Origin: Omnitrophica bacterium RIFCSPHIGHO2_02_FULL_51_18
Lineage (GTDB): Bacteria > Omnitrophota > Gorgyraeia > 2-02-FULL-51-18
DNA: 64,000 bases
Direction of reading: 5' to 3'
Assembly: GCA_001804125.1 (NCBI GenBank)
Contig: MHFI01000036.1
Coordinates: 23,123 to 87,122, forward strand
The number at the start of each line of letters is the position of its first letter. Positions within the stretch are counted from its first letter, which is position 1. Both the position numbers and the translations under genes were made by a program. Of the stretch, positions 17,317 to 26,831 are shown one piece after another. The notes under the pieces are model-generated. The model was not told the DNA's origin. It saw only the letters and a list, made by a program, of their open reading frames with translations, and searched no databases.

Positions 17317-17902
17317 TCCTTTTAAGGATAACGGTCCTGGTCGGGGACCCTGCCTTTGCGGCCAATTGTATCCTGATCGTGTTACTGTTCACCTGAGTGA
17401 AAGAAGTCTGCGCGGGGTCAAGCCTTAGAGTGGGTCCGACCTCATCATCCGCCGCGCCCGCTGAATTACCACTCTCTCCACCGGGCCCGGCGGCGCCTTT
17501 AGTCCAATAAAGCCTGCGTTCACCGCTGCCGTCAATGAATATGTATTTCACCCAAGTATCGTCCCCGGTATCCATAGTTCCGATAGGCTGTCCACCTGCT
17601 GTCGTATTGGGGGTCCCGTCTAATTTATAATCCCAGCGAAGCTTAAGCTGGGCGCTCACGGTGTCGTTTGCCTGGGGGCCCCCATCCCCCACCTCCACCA
17701 AGTTGGCGTTAGCCACCTTCCTTGCGATATGGTCCAGCGCGGTATAAGATTCGACAAGCCCTATGTTGGCTTGACCGCTGACTAGATTGCGCGCGCCCGA
17801 AATATAAACGGTGCTGGCCCCCAAAGCGACTACGGACAAGAGCCCAATCGAAATCAGGAGCTCCGCCAAAGTCAATCCCGCTTCACTTGTCGATCTTACC
17901 AC
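17288..17902 (-). CDS. Minor (pseudo)pilin with a prepilin N-terminal methylation motif.
   Basis: GLTLAELLISIGLL (G/xTLxE). Confidence 0.6.
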   Translation of the reverse strand: MVRSTSEAGLTLAELLISIGLLSVVALGASTVYISGARNLVSGQANIGLVESYTALDHIARKVANANLVEVGDGGPQANDTVSAQLKLRWDYKLDGTPNTTAGGQPIGTMDTGDDTWVKYIFIDGSGERRLYWTKGAAGPGGESGNSAGAADDEVGPTLRLDPAQTSFTQVNSNTIRIQLAAKAGSPTRTVILKRNVTAHASAS

Positions 17903-18240
17903 GAGGTGGTTGCCTCCACCTTCTTATAATCCTTCCCGCCCACCGGAAATGTTTGGAAGCGGTTGGTATAAGTCGTCAGGCCAATGGTCGAGTCGTTGTC
18001 CGCCACAGTATCGTTCCAGGTGTCTTCCCCCCAGGTTTGATAGACCGTGTCTAGTTTTGTTTGGGCGCTTTGGTAGGAGACCGCGCTTTCAGGCTTTGTA
18101 TAGCGGCCGGCGTTAACAAATGCCGCGTAAAGACCCGCGCCCGCAATAGACAGGATAGTCCCGGCGACGAGGATCTCGAGCAGAGAGAAGCCCTTTTGAT
18201 GACGGCGGCGGTTGAAGATTTTTTTGGCGTTCTTTGTCAT
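17896..18240 (-). CDS. Minor pilin (PilV-like).
   Basis: KGFSLLEILVAGTIL prepilin motif. Confidence 0.65.
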   Translation of the reverse strand: MTKNAKKIFNRRRHQKGFSLLEILVAGTILSIAGAGLYAAFVNAGRYTKPESAVSYQSAQTKLDTVYQTWGEDTWNDTVADNDSTIGLTTYTNRFQTFPVGGKDYKKVEATTSW

Positions 18241-18608
18241 GTTTGCGTTATCTGTCCGGTTGCGTAGGTCATGGTAAACGTTGTGGTTGTGCTTCCTACC
18301 GTGCGCGACATCTCGGAGATGGCCGTACCGACGGATGTGATCGTGTAATAAACGGGACTTGCCAAGTCCGTGTTGAGATTAGTGTTTATGGTAGCTACGG
18401 GAGGATTTGAACCGCCGTCCCAGAAAGCGCCTCCGTTGTTGAGGGCATAGATCTTTTGGGCCGTGTATAGGATGTTGAGGTAGGTGTACGGCTCATTTTG
18501 GTAGGAGCGCTCGATCTGCCCGGTGTAAATCGGCACCGCAGCCCCAGCCATGACCGCCAAAATAGCCAGAACGACCAACACCTCAACAAGCGTAAATCCT
18601 TTTAGTTT
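18237..18608 (-). CDS. Type IV pilin (second pilin; start taken at MKLKGFTLVEV).
   Basis: GFTLVEVLVVLAILAV class III signal. Confidence 0.7.
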   Translation of the reverse strand, partial: KLKGFTLVEVLVVLAILAVMAGAAVPIYTGQIERSYQNEPYTYLNILYTAQKIYALNNGGAFWDGGSNPPVATINTNLNTDLASPVYYTITSVGTAISEMSRTVGSTTTTFTMTYATGQITQT

Positions 18609-18722
18609 CATCGGATACATCCACCTAATCAAGAGTATACAGCGAGAAAATGTATAATTCAACGAGCAACACTAATAAATATTATGTGAAAATTATCAAC
18701 GGCACACACAACGCCAGTCAAA

Positions 18723-18764
18723 CAAACAGGACGTAACACCTCAAAAGGTATCACGTCCTGTTTG
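18723..18764 (-). terminator. Rho-independent terminator downstream of pilA.
   Basis: Minus strand: CAAACAGGACGT-loop-ACGTCCTGTTTG followed by TTTGACTGG. Confidence 0.55.
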
Positions 18765-18790
18765 TGGCAAAAAACTCGGTAATGAATTCT

Positions 18791-19237
18791 CTATACCAAC
18801 TTGCCTGCCCCTACCAATGTGTATCCTGTGGCCGTACAGCTGAGAGTCACCGTGTCACCCGCCACTAGCGGTGCAACTGCGCCAGCGGCTACGCAATTCC
18901 AAGTAGTTGCGGAGGTAGCGTCTAGTGTGTAGGTGAAGTTAGGTACTTGACCCGCCGCCGCGGTATTGGGATTATAATCTATTAAAGTAAACGTCGCGCC
19001 CGTATAAGAGTTAGGGTTTGTCGTATTTGTTTGATAGTAAACCCCCATAGCGGCCTTAACCACGTCCAGGTGATCGATAGCTTCCTTTTTGTAACCTTTC
19101 ATTTTTTGATTGGCTAGAATAGGAACAACCGCCGCGGCGATTACACCCAGCACCACTAACACTATTAAGATTTCGACGATGGTGAAGCCTTTTATCCCCA
19201 GTTTCCTTTTTTTACCAAGGATTTTTGATATTGACAT
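18791..19237 (-). CDS. pilA: Major type IV pilin PilA.
   Basis: Leader MSISKILGKKRKLGIKG then FTIVEILIVLVVLGVIAA. Has its own promoter and terminator. Confidence 0.8.
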   Translation of the reverse strand: MSISKILGKKRKLGIKGFTIVEILIVLVVLGVIAAAVVPILANQKMKGYKKEAIDHLDVVKAAMGVYYQTNTTNPNSYTGATFTLIDYNPNTAAAGQVPNFTYTLDATSATTWNCVAAGAVAPLVAGDTVTLSCTATGYTLVGAGKLV

Positions 19238-19280
19238 ACACCCCCCTTTTTAAGAGTAAAACATGCTTATTTCTACTTAG

Positions 19281-19309
19281 AATATATCATTAAAGATAAT
19301 TAAAGTCAA
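19281..19309 (-). promoter_or_regulatory. Sigma70-like promoter for pilA (TTGACT-17-TATATT).
   Basis: Read on the minus strand. Strong GGGGGG ribosome-binding site 7 nt before the ATG. Confidence 0.45.
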
Positions 19310-19317
19310 GAAATACT

Positions 19318-20532
19318 TTAATGAATCGCCTCACTTAGAGAAAACATGGGGACAAAAAGAGCATAGGCAATGATACCTACAAAAGCGCCAACAATGATCA
19401 GGACCAACGGCTCGACTAAAATGCCGATGCGCGTGCTTAACGTGTCGACTCTTTCTGCATAAAATTCAGAGGCCTTGGAGATCATAGCGGGCAGACTGCC
19501 GCTCTCTTCCCCTATCGTGACAAGCTGGATAAACATGGGTGAGAAGATGGGATCCGTTTGAAGACTGGCCGAAAGCGTCTGCCCCCGCTGGATCCCTTTT
19601 GTTGCGGCAAGGAACGCGTTCTCAAAAACAGAATTGCCGGCGGCGCGTGATGCGATCTCAAGGCTTTGAATCAAATTCACGCCGCTTTTTATCAAGGTCG
19701 ACAAGATGATGCAGATCCTTGCGTGAATAAAATCATTCAGGCCTTCTCCCAGCACCGGGACGAGCAATAGAAGCCGATCCAACTGCCGGCGGCCCACGGA
19801 AGTCGAAATGTATTTCTTCGATAAGAAAAAAAGGCCGATGGCCATAAACGCGATGAAAAAAATATAATGCTGGATTACGGTGCTAATGTTGATGATCGCC
19901 ATCGTAAGCGGCGGAAGCTTAGCGTTAAATTGTGAGAATATTTTCTGGAATATCGGTATGATCCGTAACATGAAAAGGAGCAAAACACCCACAGAGCAAA
20001 TCACGAGAATGCAGGGGTAAATCAACGCCGATATTATCTTTTTCATCAGAAGATGATTGGACTTGACATTCTTGGCCAGCTCTTTTAAGACCATGGGCAC
20101 GGAACCGCTCGTCTCCCCCGCCTCTACAAGGAATAACCAAAGTTTCGGAAAATGTTTTGGATGCCTGGCCATGCTGTCCTTAAGGGTCGAGCCCGCCCTT
20201 ATGTTCGAGATGATCGCGCCGATCACTTCGTTCATCCTTTGACTTTCCGTTAAAAGAGCGATAATTTCGAGTGACCTTACGAGCGGAATCCCCGCTTCTA
20301 GAAGCATGGCAAGCTGGTCCAAAAAGAACAAAGTATCCTCGGACCTTATCCTGCGACGGCGCAGTTTCCGCCGGCGGGAAGGGTCCGAAGCGCTCCCCAG
20401 CGAAGCCAGCTTTATGACAAGAAGTCCGCGGTTTTGAAGAGCTGTTACGGCTAGACGTTCACTCTCTGCCTCTTGGATCCCTTGAACCATTTCGCCCGAT
20501 GAGGCGCGGGCGTTGTAATTATAGACGGGCAT
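19318..20532 (-). CDS. pilC: Type IV pilus platform protein PilC (GspF family).
   Basis: 404 aa, two T2SSF domains, three transmembrane helices. Confidence 0.85.
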   Translation of the reverse strand: MPVYNYNARASSGEMVQGIQEAESERLAVTALQNRGLLVIKLASLGSASDPSRRRKLRRRRIRSEDTLFFLDQLAMLLEAGIPLVRSLEIIALLTESQRMNEVIGAIISNIRAGSTLKDSMARHPKHFPKLWLFLVEAGETSGSVPMVLKELAKNVKSNHLLMKKIISALIYPCILVICSVGVLLLFMLRIIPIFQKIFSQFNAKLPPLTMAIINISTVIQHYIFFIAFMAIGLFFLSKKYISTSVGRRQLDRLLLLVPVLGEGLNDFIHARICIILSTLIKSGVNLIQSLEIASRAAGNSVFENAFLAATKGIQRGQTLSASLQTDPIFSPMFIQLVTIGEESGSLPAMISKASEFYAERVDTLSTRIGILVEPLVLIIVGAFVGIIAYALFVPMFSLSEAIH

Positions 20533-20552
20533 GGGGCAGCCTTTTTGATTGC

Positions 20553-22277
20553 TTAAGCGGTTTCATAGCCGCCTGAAAGCGTGACACGGAATATCTCTTC
20601 CAAAGATGTCTCACCCTCGATAACTTTTTGATAGCCGCTCTCTTCGAGTGTCTTCATGCCCGCCTTACGCGCCTCGGCCCGGATGTGGACCAAAGAGGCC
20701 CTCTGTGTAACGAGTTCCTGAATGCGCTCGTTGATGACCATGATCTCATAGATCGCGGTCCGTCCGCGGTACCCTGTGTGGGAGCAGTGATCGCAACCCT
20801 TCGTTTTATAAAGCGTCTTTTTTTCGACTTGCAGTAATTTTGGCAATTGCGATGCGGAAGGCTCATAAGACTGTTTGCATTTTTGACAGAGACGGCGTAC
20901 AAGCCTTTGTGCCACTATCATGAGAAGTGAGTTCGAGACAAAAAAGGGCTCAATGCCGATATCGATCAGGCGGTTCAGCGTGGAGCAGGCATCATTGGTG
21001 TGCAGTGTGCTGAACACGAGATGCCCCGTCATCGCCGCGCGGATGCAGACTTGCGCTGTTTCGGCGTCCCGGATTTCGCCCACTAAAATTATGTCGGGGT
21101 CCTGCCGCAGGAACGCCCGAAGGCCTGAGGCGAATGTGAGACCGATCTGGGGTTTTACCTGAACCTGATTCACGCCTTCCAATTGGTATTCGACGGGGTC
21201 TTCAACGGTCAGGATATTTTGGCCGGAAGATTTGATGTCGTTTAATGCCGCGTAAAGCGTGGTGGTCTTACCGCTTCCGGTGGGTCCGGTGATGAGGATG
21301 AGGCCGTAGGGTTTTCGAATAACGCCGCGAAACTGTTTCAACTCGTGAGCCTCGAAACCCAGCGTGCCCAGGTTAAGCGAGACAGCCTCGCGGTCTAGGA
21401 TGCGCAGAACCATTTTTTCTCCGTGCACCGTCGGGATGGTCGATACGCGGAAATCCACAGTCCGGTTCTCGATCGTGGCCCGGAAGCTGGCATCCTGAGG
21501 GAGCCTTTTCTCGGCGATGTCCATGCGGGACAGGATCTTAAGGCGTGAAATCAAGGGCAATTGCATGGATTTGTCGGGCGCGGGCACTTCATGCAATACC
21601 CCGTCAATGCGGAAACGCAGGTTCAATCGGCCCGGAAAAGGCTCGATGTGGATATCGCTTGCGCGTTCCTTGATGGCCTGGCGTATCAGAAGGTCTGTCA
21701 GTTTGATCACCGGCGTCTTGCCGGCGCTGGCCACCAGGCTGTCCAGCGAAAGCGGCTCATCGGCGCCTTCTTCCACAACTGCGACCGGAGCGTCATAAGA
21801 GGCTTCGACGGCTGATTGCAGCATCCCCCCTTCCCCGTAAAATCCGTCGATTCCCGTTTGTATGTCGGAAGGAGTGGCAATGATGCGAGTGATATGACAG
21901 CCCGTGATTTTTCTTAAATTATCCAAAACCACGATGTCCGTGGGGTCCGCGATCGCGACCGTGAGAGAATTTTCGTGGCGGTATAAGGGCAGTACCCTGT
22001 GTTTTCGGGCGGTTTCCTCCGGAAGCAATTTATTTAAGTTTTGCTCGGCCGCGGGTTTTAAAAGCCCGCTTTCAAGAGACGCGTAAGGGATGTTCATTTG
22101 CTGGCCGAGCGTGGCGGCCACGTCTTTTTCCGTGATGGCGCCAAGCTCCATCAGGATTTGTCCGATCAGCTGGCCGGGGCTTTCTTTTTGAGCTTCCAGC
22201 GCTTTTTCTATTTGTGACGGCGTGACAACCCCGTTTTTTAATAAGATCTCGCCGAACCTAAGGTACTCTCTGCGCAT
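20553..22277 (-). CDS. pilB: Type IV pilus assembly ATPase PilB (GspE family).
   Basis: N-terminal T2SE_N domain, Walker A GPTGSGKTTT, tetra-Cys zinc motif CQKC...CDHC. Confidence 0.9.
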   Translation of the reverse strand: MRREYLRFGEILLKNGVVTPSQIEKALEAQKESPGQLIGQILMELGAITEKDVAATLGQQMNIPYASLESGLLKPAAEQNLNKLLPEETARKHRVLPLYRHENSLTVAIADPTDIVVLDNLRKITGCHITRIIATPSDIQTGIDGFYGEGGMLQSAVEASYDAPVAVVEEGADEPLSLDSLVASAGKTPVIKLTDLLIRQAIKERASDIHIEPFPGRLNLRFRIDGVLHEVPAPDKSMQLPLISRLKILSRMDIAEKRLPQDASFRATIENRTVDFRVSTIPTVHGEKMVLRILDREAVSLNLGTLGFEAHELKQFRGVIRKPYGLILITGPTGSGKTTTLYAALNDIKSSGQNILTVEDPVEYQLEGVNQVQVKPQIGLTFASGLRAFLRQDPDIILVGEIRDAETAQVCIRAAMTGHLVFSTLHTNDACSTLNRLIDIGIEPFFVSNSLLMIVAQRLVRRLCQKCKQSYEPSASQLPKLLQVEKKTLYKTKGCDHCSHTGYRGRTAIYEIMVINERIQELVTQRASLVHIRAEARKAGMKTLEESGYQKVIEGETSLEEIFRVTLSGGYETA

Positions 22278-22286
22278 CGGGCCCTT

Positions 22287-23954
22287 TTAGCGGTTCCATT
22301 TCACAGTCTTCGGGTCCATTTCATTGAGCGCTTGAGCGATGCGCTTGTTACGCTCGGCCGGCAGGGAAAGTTTCGTGACAGGTTCTTTGGGTCCGGCCAA
22401 AACAGCTTCCAGGCTCCTGTCCATTTCCTCCCCTATAAACTGATCGAGCATGCGCTTGACCGCAAGGTCTTTTGCGTAAACGGTCTGTTTCCGGGACTCA
22501 CCCGGGCGGACGATGTGGGGCGTGATAAATATAAGAAGCTCCCGATCGACGCCGTCACTTTCGTCGTAGCGGAACGCATAGCCCAGGATCGGGATCTTTC
22601 CCAAAAACGGAATCCTTTTCTTGAGCGAAATTTCACTCGTGTCAAGCAGGCCCCCGATCACAAGCGTCTCATGGTTGTTGACCCTGACCAGCGTGCGTAT
22701 GGAGCGGCGTGTGGGGTCCAGAAAAATACTGGAAAAAAACGAGGAAGGCGCCACCGTGGTAACGGTCGGCTCCAAAAATAAGGCGACCGAATCGTCTTCA
22801 TTGATTTGAGGCGTCATTTTGAGGTCGATTCCCACCTGCGTCCTTTCCGCCTGATTGGCACTTGTGACCGCAGTGCCTTCCGCGGTCGTGGTGGTGGCGG
22901 TGTTCGCGATCGCGGCGTCCGTGATGAGTTTAATTGTGGCCGCTTCGTTGTTGAGTGTCAGAACCCGAGGCCTGGAAAGGATCTTCGTGTCATTGTCGGA
23001 GATAATCATATGCAGGGTAGCCGTGAAATTCGCGGCGCTAAATGTGCCGAGCGTCAAGGATTCCTGCGTGGGATCCGGCGCGTCCTCGTCCCCTATGCGG
23101 TTTCGGGTCTGAAACCGTTTGCTCAAAAAATTTTCAGTGAACGGAAAACCGGTGGTCCTCGATCCGGCCGTAAAAGTGGCCAGCGCCCCGTCCGTCCCTC
23201 CCCACTCGACCCCCAGATCGCTGATCAAGTCCTTTTTGACTTCCATCAAGTAAACCTCCAACAACACTTGAGGGGTCGGCACGTCTATTTTTTCAATCAC
23301 TTGCGCGATCTGTCTCAGTTTCTCGGGCGTGTCCGTAACAATGAGGCTATTGGTGTTTAAATCGAGCGTCACTTTTCCGCTTTCCGATAAAAGGCTTGCG
23401 ACGAGCTGGTCCACGCCGCGTTGCGTGCTTGATTTGGAAGAAGGAAACTGCTGAGAACTCGTGCCGGATCCGGTACTGCCTTGTGAGCCGGATGCCAGCT
23501 CAGCCGCCCGTGTCAGGTCGAAGACGGTTTTTTGGCCGCCGATGTCCAGGGGCGAGGTGGAGAGCCGCATGTATTTCAAGAAAAAAACCCGGGTCTGGAG
23601 CTTCTTGGAGGTGGAATTGGCCGGGTACACCACAAAAATATTGCTCCCCTCGGCCTGGTAGTACTCCAGATTGTTCGCCGTCATCAGACTCTCCAACGCG
23701 TCTTTCACGGTCACGTTTTCGAAGTAAACCGTCACGGTTTTCAGTTCCACTTCGCTTGAGGCTACGAAATTGAGACCGGATTGCTGTGAGAATATCTTGA
23801 GCAGCTGCTTCAAGGTGACGTTTTCGAAATCAAGCGAAACAAGCTGTTGGGCGGCTTTTTCCGGCGCTTCTTGCGCGATTGCCGAAAACCCGGCTGAAGC
23901 ATGGAGGGAAAAACACAAAAGCGTCAAAGCCTGAGCAAACCGGCGGCGTCTCAT
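22287..23954 (-). CDS. pilQ: Secretin PilQ.
   Basis: Signal peptide, N domains, C-terminal secretin motif VIGGLLDTSEISLKKRIPFLGKIPILGYAFR. Confidence 0.85.
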   Translation of the reverse strand: MRRRRFAQALTLLCFSLHASAGFSAIAQEAPEKAAQQLVSLDFENVTLKQLLKIFSQQSGLNFVASSEVELKTVTVYFENVTVKDALESLMTANNLEYYQAEGSNIFVVYPANSTSKKLQTRVFFLKYMRLSTSPLDIGGQKTVFDLTRAAELASGSQGSTGSGTSSQQFPSSKSSTQRGVDQLVASLLSESGKVTLDLNTNSLIVTDTPEKLRQIAQVIEKIDVPTPQVLLEVYLMEVKKDLISDLGVEWGGTDGALATFTAGSRTTGFPFTENFLSKRFQTRNRIGDEDAPDPTQESLTLGTFSAANFTATLHMIISDNDTKILSRPRVLTLNNEAATIKLITDAAIANTATTTTAEGTAVTSANQAERTQVGIDLKMTPQINEDDSVALFLEPTVTTVAPSSFFSSIFLDPTRRSIRTLVRVNNHETLVIGGLLDTSEISLKKRIPFLGKIPILGYAFRYDESDGVDRELLIFITPHIVRPGESRKQTVYAKDLAVKRMLDQFIGEEMDRSLEAVLAGPKEPVTKLSLPAERNKRIAQALNEMDPKTVKWNR

Positions 23955-24295
23955 AGGTCCTCCTCTTTTTTCATACGAAGTAAAATAATTTTACCATTTT
24001 CCGTGAGCGTGACGGCATTCTTTTCGATGGCCGTTACTTGGGCGTTTCCCACCCGGCCGCCCACCCCTACCACCGCTTCGCCGATGACTGCCTGCGGTTT
24101 TTCGCTGTTCCAGACAATGCCTTTTAAAAGCGGCTGTTCCATTTGGATGGGCGCTGTTTGCCGGTTTTCTGCGTCGGACGGCGCGGCCGACGCGGGTTTT
24201 TGAAAAGGGTCCCTGAATTGCCGGCCTGTGTATTCCAGAGCGTCGCAGGGAGCCGCAAAAAACAAGCAGATGAGAGAAATAATCAAGCGGCTCAT
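23951..24295 (-). CDS. pilP: PilP-like pilot/alignment lipoprotein.
   Basis: 114 aa, signal peptide, position between pilO and pilQ, 4-bp overlaps. Confidence 0.55.
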   Translation of the reverse strand: MSRLIISLICLFFAAPCDALEYTGRQFRDPFQKPASAAPSDAENRQTAPIQMEQPLLKGIVWNSEKPQAVIGEAVVGVGGRVGNAQVTAIEKNAVTLTENGKIILLRMKKEEDL

Positions 24296-24858
24296 GAAAA
24301 GATTTTCCTAAGCGGCTCCGAAGGGTAATAAACGCTGACCGAAAGCGACGCGTTCAACGCAGGCTGTTCACCGGCGCTTTCGGCAAACCGCAAACTCAGG
24401 CCGGAGAGCCTTATCTGAGGCACGGCCTGCTCCACGCGGCTCATAAAATCCCCCAGCGCATGGTATTGGCCCCTGGCGGTGACGCTCAAGGACACTTTGT
24501 CATAGTCGGGGAAACGGCTCTCCCCCCGCGGCGCGAACGAAGTGATTTCCACTCCTGTCTCTTTGGCGACGCCGTTTAGGGTGTCCACCACCCATGACAC
24601 GTCCCGGGTGTTTGCAAAAAAAGAGCTGTATTTTTTTAGCCCGTTTTCAAGCCTGATGAGCCCTGCCAGTGAGTCCCGCTTCAACTCGATGTTTTGCGAC
24701 TCTTTCTTCAGCGCTTTTATTTTTTGAAGATCGGGCGTTACGACAAAGTGTCCCCCGGCCCACAGGCCTATGGCGCCGAATAAGACGGCGGCCAGGGCCA
24801 GGCGGTGATGCCCGGCCATCTTCAACGCTTGTTTAAGCAGTGCGTCAGCATCAAGCAT
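24292..24858 (-). CDS. pilO: PilO-like inner-membrane alignment protein.
   Basis: Single N-terminal transmembrane helix, coiled coil, position. Confidence 0.6.
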   Translation of the reverse strand: MLDADALLKQALKMAGHHRLALAAVLFGAIGLWAGGHFVVTPDLQKIKALKKESQNIELKRDSLAGLIRLENGLKKYSSFFANTRDVSWVVDTLNGVAKETGVEITSFAPRGESRFPDYDKVSLSVTARGQYHALGDFMSRVEQAVPQIRLSGLSLRFAESAGEQPALNASLSVSVYYPSEPLRKIFS

Positions 24859-26398
24859 GGCGGTTCGTTCCTTCCAGCGAAAATGTCATCGTCGCTTCCG
24901 TTTTTACCCGGGTCTTTTGGGCGGATGAAATTTTGATGTCGTCGAGTCCGTTCATGAGACCGGGGCTTTTCCTGAGTTCCGCAACCCATCGATTCAGATT
25001 TTGAAGGCCATCCTCGGATTCCGCCGCAAACATTTGGCCTTCGAGCATAAGAGAAAAGACGCGCTGATCGTTCGGGGCCTCCGCATCGGAATAGGCCAGC
25101 GCAGTCAGGTAAATATTGTCATGGATCATTCGGGCCACCTCACCCATTTTTTGCGTAACATACACCTTTTGGCCGAAAAGAACAGCCAGTGTTTTTTGCT
25201 TTTGCAGGAGCTCCGTTTGCGCGGTTTGGATGCTCTCGTCGGAAAGCTCCAAGCCGGCTAAAATCGCGGGCTTCGGGAGCGCCGCCGTCTGAGCCTGCAG
25301 TTCTTTTTTTTGCGTGCCGAGGCTGGAAAACAACAGCCCATGAATCACGAGGAACACCGCACCCAACCCCAAGGCTTCGTAGGATAAACAACGTTTAAAC
25401 GCGGCGGTCGAAGCCGGCGTCTGCTCGTTTTTCAGCGCCTCCCCTGCCGCCAAATTGGCTGTTTTGGCCGTGCGCTTCAAGCGGGTTTTGCGCAGTGCCA
25501 GGCCGAGCAAAACGGCCAGCGCCGGACCCAGGTTCGGAAAACCTTTAAGCCGCGTGCCGGGAACCGGGGTTTCGATCGGCAGATCAAAGTCCGCTTTTAT
25601 GTTTTTCAAGAGTTCCGGAAATTCGACTTTAGGGGAGATAAAAAAAACAAATTTTTCGACGGTTTCATTTTTGTAATTTTTAGCAAAATAATCGAGCGAT
25701 AACTGGATCTCCGTGCGCAAAGACGGATAATCCGGTTGTCCCTCGTTGGCCACGGGCAGCACGAAGTCCCTTTGCAACAGAATCATGCCCTCTCTGGCCA
25801 GCAGAATGTCGGCCGCGCCGTCTTCCTGCAGGTCGACGAGCGCCAGCGTGTCGGAGAGCTTGGCGCCGCCGCCCGAAAAACGGTAAGTCCGGATGAGCGG
25901 AAACGCCGCCGGCTCCACGGAAACCGAGAGCGCTCCTTCCCTGTAAAGAAAGCTCAATAAGTGATCGACAATGGCTTTTCTGGCCGCATAAAATACGACA
26001 CTCATTTGTTTTTCTTTTCTGACGGCAGAAATTTCCGCGTTGTGGTAGAGGTCCCGGATATCCGACGGCAGATATTTCTGCGCTTCAAAGTACGCGGATT
26101 GCCGCCGCTCGCTTTTGGGCAGTACCGGCATCTGAAAAAAACGTATCAGCGTATCGGCGCCGGAGAGCGCCACAAAAACTTTTTTGCCCTTGACCGGGAT
26201 TTTTTGGACGGCGGCTTTCAACGCTTCGCCCAGATTCAGCGCGTCGAACTGAGCAAAGCTGTCGGTATTTTCTATTTTTTTTATGCTCACTTCCGCAAAA
26301 TCCGCCAATTGATGACTTCCGCCGATGTTTTGCGTTATCTTCGCAACGCTGATACGGTTGGTCCCCACATAGATGTTGACCGACGGCGTGAATATCAT
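24851..26398 (-). CDS. pilM: Fused PilM (actin-like ATPase fold) and PilN protein.
   Basis: 515 aa. N-terminal 330 aa are PilM-like. An internal transmembrane helix ALGLGAVFLVIHGLLF is followed by a PilN-like coiled coil. Confidence 0.7.
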   Translation of the reverse strand: MIFTPSVNIYVGTNRISVAKITQNIGGSHQLADFAEVSIKKIENTDSFAQFDALNLGEALKAAVQKIPVKGKKVFVALSGADTLIRFFQMPVLPKSERRQSAYFEAQKYLPSDIRDLYHNAEISAVRKEKQMSVVFYAARKAIVDHLLSFLYREGALSVSVEPAAFPLIRTYRFSGGGAKLSDTLALVDLQEDGAADILLAREGMILLQRDFVLPVANEGQPDYPSLRTEIQLSLDYFAKNYKNETVEKFVFFISPKVEFPELLKNIKADFDLPIETPVPGTRLKGFPNLGPALAVLLGLALRKTRLKRTAKTANLAAGEALKNEQTPASTAAFKRCLSYEALGLGAVFLVIHGLLFSSLGTQKKELQAQTAALPKPAILAGLELSDESIQTAQTELLQKQKTLAVLFGQKVYVTQKMGEVARMIHDNIYLTALAYSDAEAPNDQRVFSLMLEGQMFAAESEDGLQNLNRWVAELRKSPGLMNGLDDIKISSAQKTRVKTEATMTFSLEGTNRHA

Positions 26399-26440
26399 GT
26401 TACTGAGGTTTCATTAAATAGTTGCTCCTCAGTAAGTGGA

Positions 26441-26809
26441 TCAACGGTCGCTCTCCAGCACAAATTCAGGTTTGACGATGGGCTCTGAAGGAAACGGAAA
26501 CGTGGCTACTTCGTAAACTCCGGCCAGGGTCCTTTTGACAGCCTGGCCGGCGCCGTGAATAGGTCCCCAGGTGATGGCGGCAAGAAAGTTCTGTTCGCTC
26601 GCCACCGATTCCACTCCTTTCGGCAGATCCAACCAGCCGAACGCAACGTTGGACAACCCGCGGCCAAGTTTTTTGCCCGCACCGCTTCCGTAGTCCTCCC
26701 TGGCGATGTCACTCGGGGAGTTTTCAGTCATCGCGCACACGGAACCCGCCGCGACCGTAAAAACGACCAGCGCCGCAAAAAAGCTTTTATGAATAAGATG
26801 CCGGCTCAT
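26441..26809 (-). CDS. Small secreted protein resembling the exosortase-associated TIGR04073 family.
   Basis: Signal peptide. GRGLSNVAFGWLDLPKG motif. Confidence 0.4.
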   Translation of the reverse strand: MSRHLIHKSFFAALVVFTVAAGSVCAMTENSPSDIAREDYGSGAGKKLGRGLSNVAFGWLDLPKGVESVASEQNFLAAITWGPIHGAGQAVKRTLAGVYEVATFPFPSEPIVKPEFVLESDR

Positions 26810-26831
26810 GATTTCCTCCTATGTTTTAAGT

